NCBI GenBank assembly: GCA_000320545.1
Contig: ADNK01001142.1
Location: 1-42,971 of the forward strand
Reading direction: 5' to 3'
DNA from: Bigelowiella natans CCMP2755
Lineage: Eukaryota > Protista > Cercozoa
DNA: 42,971 nt
This document shows, piece by piece, positions 40,851 through 42,971 of the stretch. The notes under the pieces are model-generated. The model did no database searches. It was given only the letters and a program-made list of their open reading frames with translations, and was not told the DNA's origin. Positions within the stretch are counted from its first letter, which is position 1; each line of letters begins with the position of its first letter. The position numbers and the translations under genes were made by a program.

Positions 40851-41745
40851 AGATACGTTCTATTTTACACGATTTATGTGCAATCTATCTATGCATATGT
40901 ATTCAGCTAGAAAAAATCCGAAGTATTACATTTCCCCTCTCATCTGCTTCAAGTGCCTCTCACTCTTGCCCTTATAGTATCTTAGCACCTGAGTAGCAGA
41001 TCAGCCAAACATCAACAACGCTATACACATATTTACACATATTTACATATATTCACACACACACACACACACACATATAATATACATAAATATGCCACAA
41101 TCGTGTGCAATGCGTGCGCGCGAGTGAGTTTCGCCAAGCACAGGGAAAGGCACATACCCCATTGGTGAACAAGCGCAGAAATCGCGACTTGAACGACGTG
41201 TTAAGTGCCCCCTGCGAATCGAGACAAGATCGGCATTACAACCATCGAAGCCAACGCCAAGAACAACCACCGCCAAGAACCACCACCGCCGCTTAACAGT
41301 AGGGGAGAAATAACAATAGGACATCAAGGCTCGCCGTTCGCGATTGGCCTTGTTATCGAAAACAACCCAAGTCCGCACTAACACTCGCTGTACGTACCCT
41401 TTTCTCGAGAAATCCTTCCTTGACTATTCCTGGCAGCAAGTGCCCTTCGCCCTCCTCCTCGCCCCCCCCCCGTTCCTTCGCGCTTCCTCGCTGAGATGAC
41501 ATTTTCTTGCGGAACGCCTCCAAGGAATAATCCATCTTCCTCAAAGCTGAAACAGTGTTAAGAAAAGGCGGTTGACGGGTGCGCGCCCTCGATTGGAATG
41601 TGCGCCGAGGCCTCTTTGTGTTCGTGCTTCCTACTCAAGGAGGATGTTTGTTGTTGGTTTGTTTGTGTGATAAGGCGTGCGACCTTTCATCGGCTGCGCG
41701 GACCCGAAAGCGAAGGCCTGGCGCTGTGAACGGACTATCGCATCT

Positions 41746-41783
<38 letters not shown>

Positions 41784-42211
41784 AGATCCATGTAGCTGCT
41801 CATAACGTAACATTTACTTATGGATGGGGTTATATTTTCTCCCTTAGGCTACACGTTTCCAAAGTGCCTCTTACCTTCTAGTGTGCGCAGATCTCTCAAC
41901 GCCTCGCGCTTACGCTTGTCCATATCGTCCCACCGCTGTGCGTGTGTGTGAGTGTATAGGTGCGTGCAATCTCGAAGACGCTCAAACACTTCTCAGTTAA
42001 CCCCCTCCCTCCCCCGTCCTCCCCCAATCACCCTTCAATTTCTTCTGTGATATAATTGCTAGGAAATAAAAACTGCAGCCTTCCTTCTTTGCTAACATAC
42101 TCTGTATCAATTAGGCTACCGATGACGCAAGTGCGATGAGCTTCTTCGATGTGAGCAGCGAAAAGTCTCCGTCGAGAACGCGCAACATCCTCTGTATAAT
42201 TTTCCGCACAA

Positions 42212-42270
<59 letters not shown>

Positions 42271-42498
42271 AAGGCATGCGCACATAAGTACCGCGAAAAC
42301 AAAATCTCAAATAGAGAGCGCTCGAATCAGCGCACAGACCTGAAAGTCCTCAAATGATATTACGCCTCTTGACCCGAATAGCGTCGCAACCTGAGATCAA
42401 TTGGCCGTGTTAGCATGCGAACGACTGCAAGGAAGAGTGCGTAGCATCGATGCCGCCACTTCGAAATTCGGCTATTTTTATGGGAATACATGACGTTA

Positions 42499-42536
<38 letters not shown>

Positions 42537-42971
42537 TTATATAATTATGCTTTGTATGCATAAGTGCATTGGACGACCCATCTCGTCGCTTTAAACCATA
42601 CCGCTCTAATGTGCAGCTTATCCGGATCGAAGGACGCTCGTATGAAGCCATCAACCTCCTCTCCACACAACACTCCGTCTGTTTCCAAAGGCGCAGGGAG
42701 GCATGCCATCTCTTCAAACGCGCAGCAGCGTGATAGGTTCAAAGAGTGCTACATGATCGACGAGACTGCTAACGACGCCGACAACGGAAACAATGCGTCC
42801 TCTCAGATGACCCCCCCCTCTCCCTCCCCCTCCAAACCCTGTTTTTCCTCACCCCCGTCTGTATCAAGCTGCTTGAAGCTGTCTTCCACAAATGCCTGAG
42901 AGTCGGATCTATAATAGTAGTAATTCTGCAACGAAGAGCAAGGGGGGGGGGGGGGGGAGGGGGGGGGGGGG
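32322..42971 (-). CDS. Large protein with EF-hand-like motif, two PH-like domains and a long C-terminal coiled coil (spliced, 5' end beyond window)
   Basis: SFKQLDTDG and GVISFEDFQ (EF-hand-like). First PH: IVKEGFLEKR|GALNTSFKSRFLRLFTNG...YIFQLTADNGRAYVFRTDLAWVRTEWITVINDL. Second PH C-terminal part: EVHLFRAADADKAEKWVLLV. More than 12 in-frame E/K/R/Q-rich exons from 37.7 to 32.3 kb join with consistent phases and end at TAA 32322-32324. Confidence 0.75.

Overview
Gene-dense, intron-rich nuclear DNA from a eukaryote, most likely a ciliated/flagellated protist (CEP41 is present; the organism cannot be named from sequence alone). The genetic code is standard. Nine spliced protein-coding genes can be rebuilt by hand: two-CHORD zinc-finger protein (+, 5'-partial), FCP1/CTDP1-type CTD phosphatase (-), NIT1-type amidase (+), exostosin/GT47 glycosyltransferase (-), CEP41 (+), GT25+GT23-like fusion A (-), TMEM256/DUF423 (-), GT25+GT23/NodZ-like fusion B (+), and a long EF-hand-like/PH/PH/coiled-coil protein (-, 5'-partial). 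Most ORFs in the supplied track are read-throughs of intronic microsatellites or antisense shadows. Main observations: (1) a divergent pair of signal-peptide, two-domain glycosyltransferase paralogs sharing a GT25-like N-half but carrying different fucosyltransferase-like C-halves on single large exons; (2) CA/TG-rich, CC/GG-poor, short-palindrome-rich tracts in every spacer downstream of a gene 3' end, while long microsatellites are confined to genes; (3) an intron in the FCP1 gene that only restores the BRCT domain with a GA donor, plus GC donors elsewhere. I found no supportable RNA gene, CRISPR array or intact mobile element. Exon coordinates were derived manually, and family calls rest on motif recognition, not database searches.
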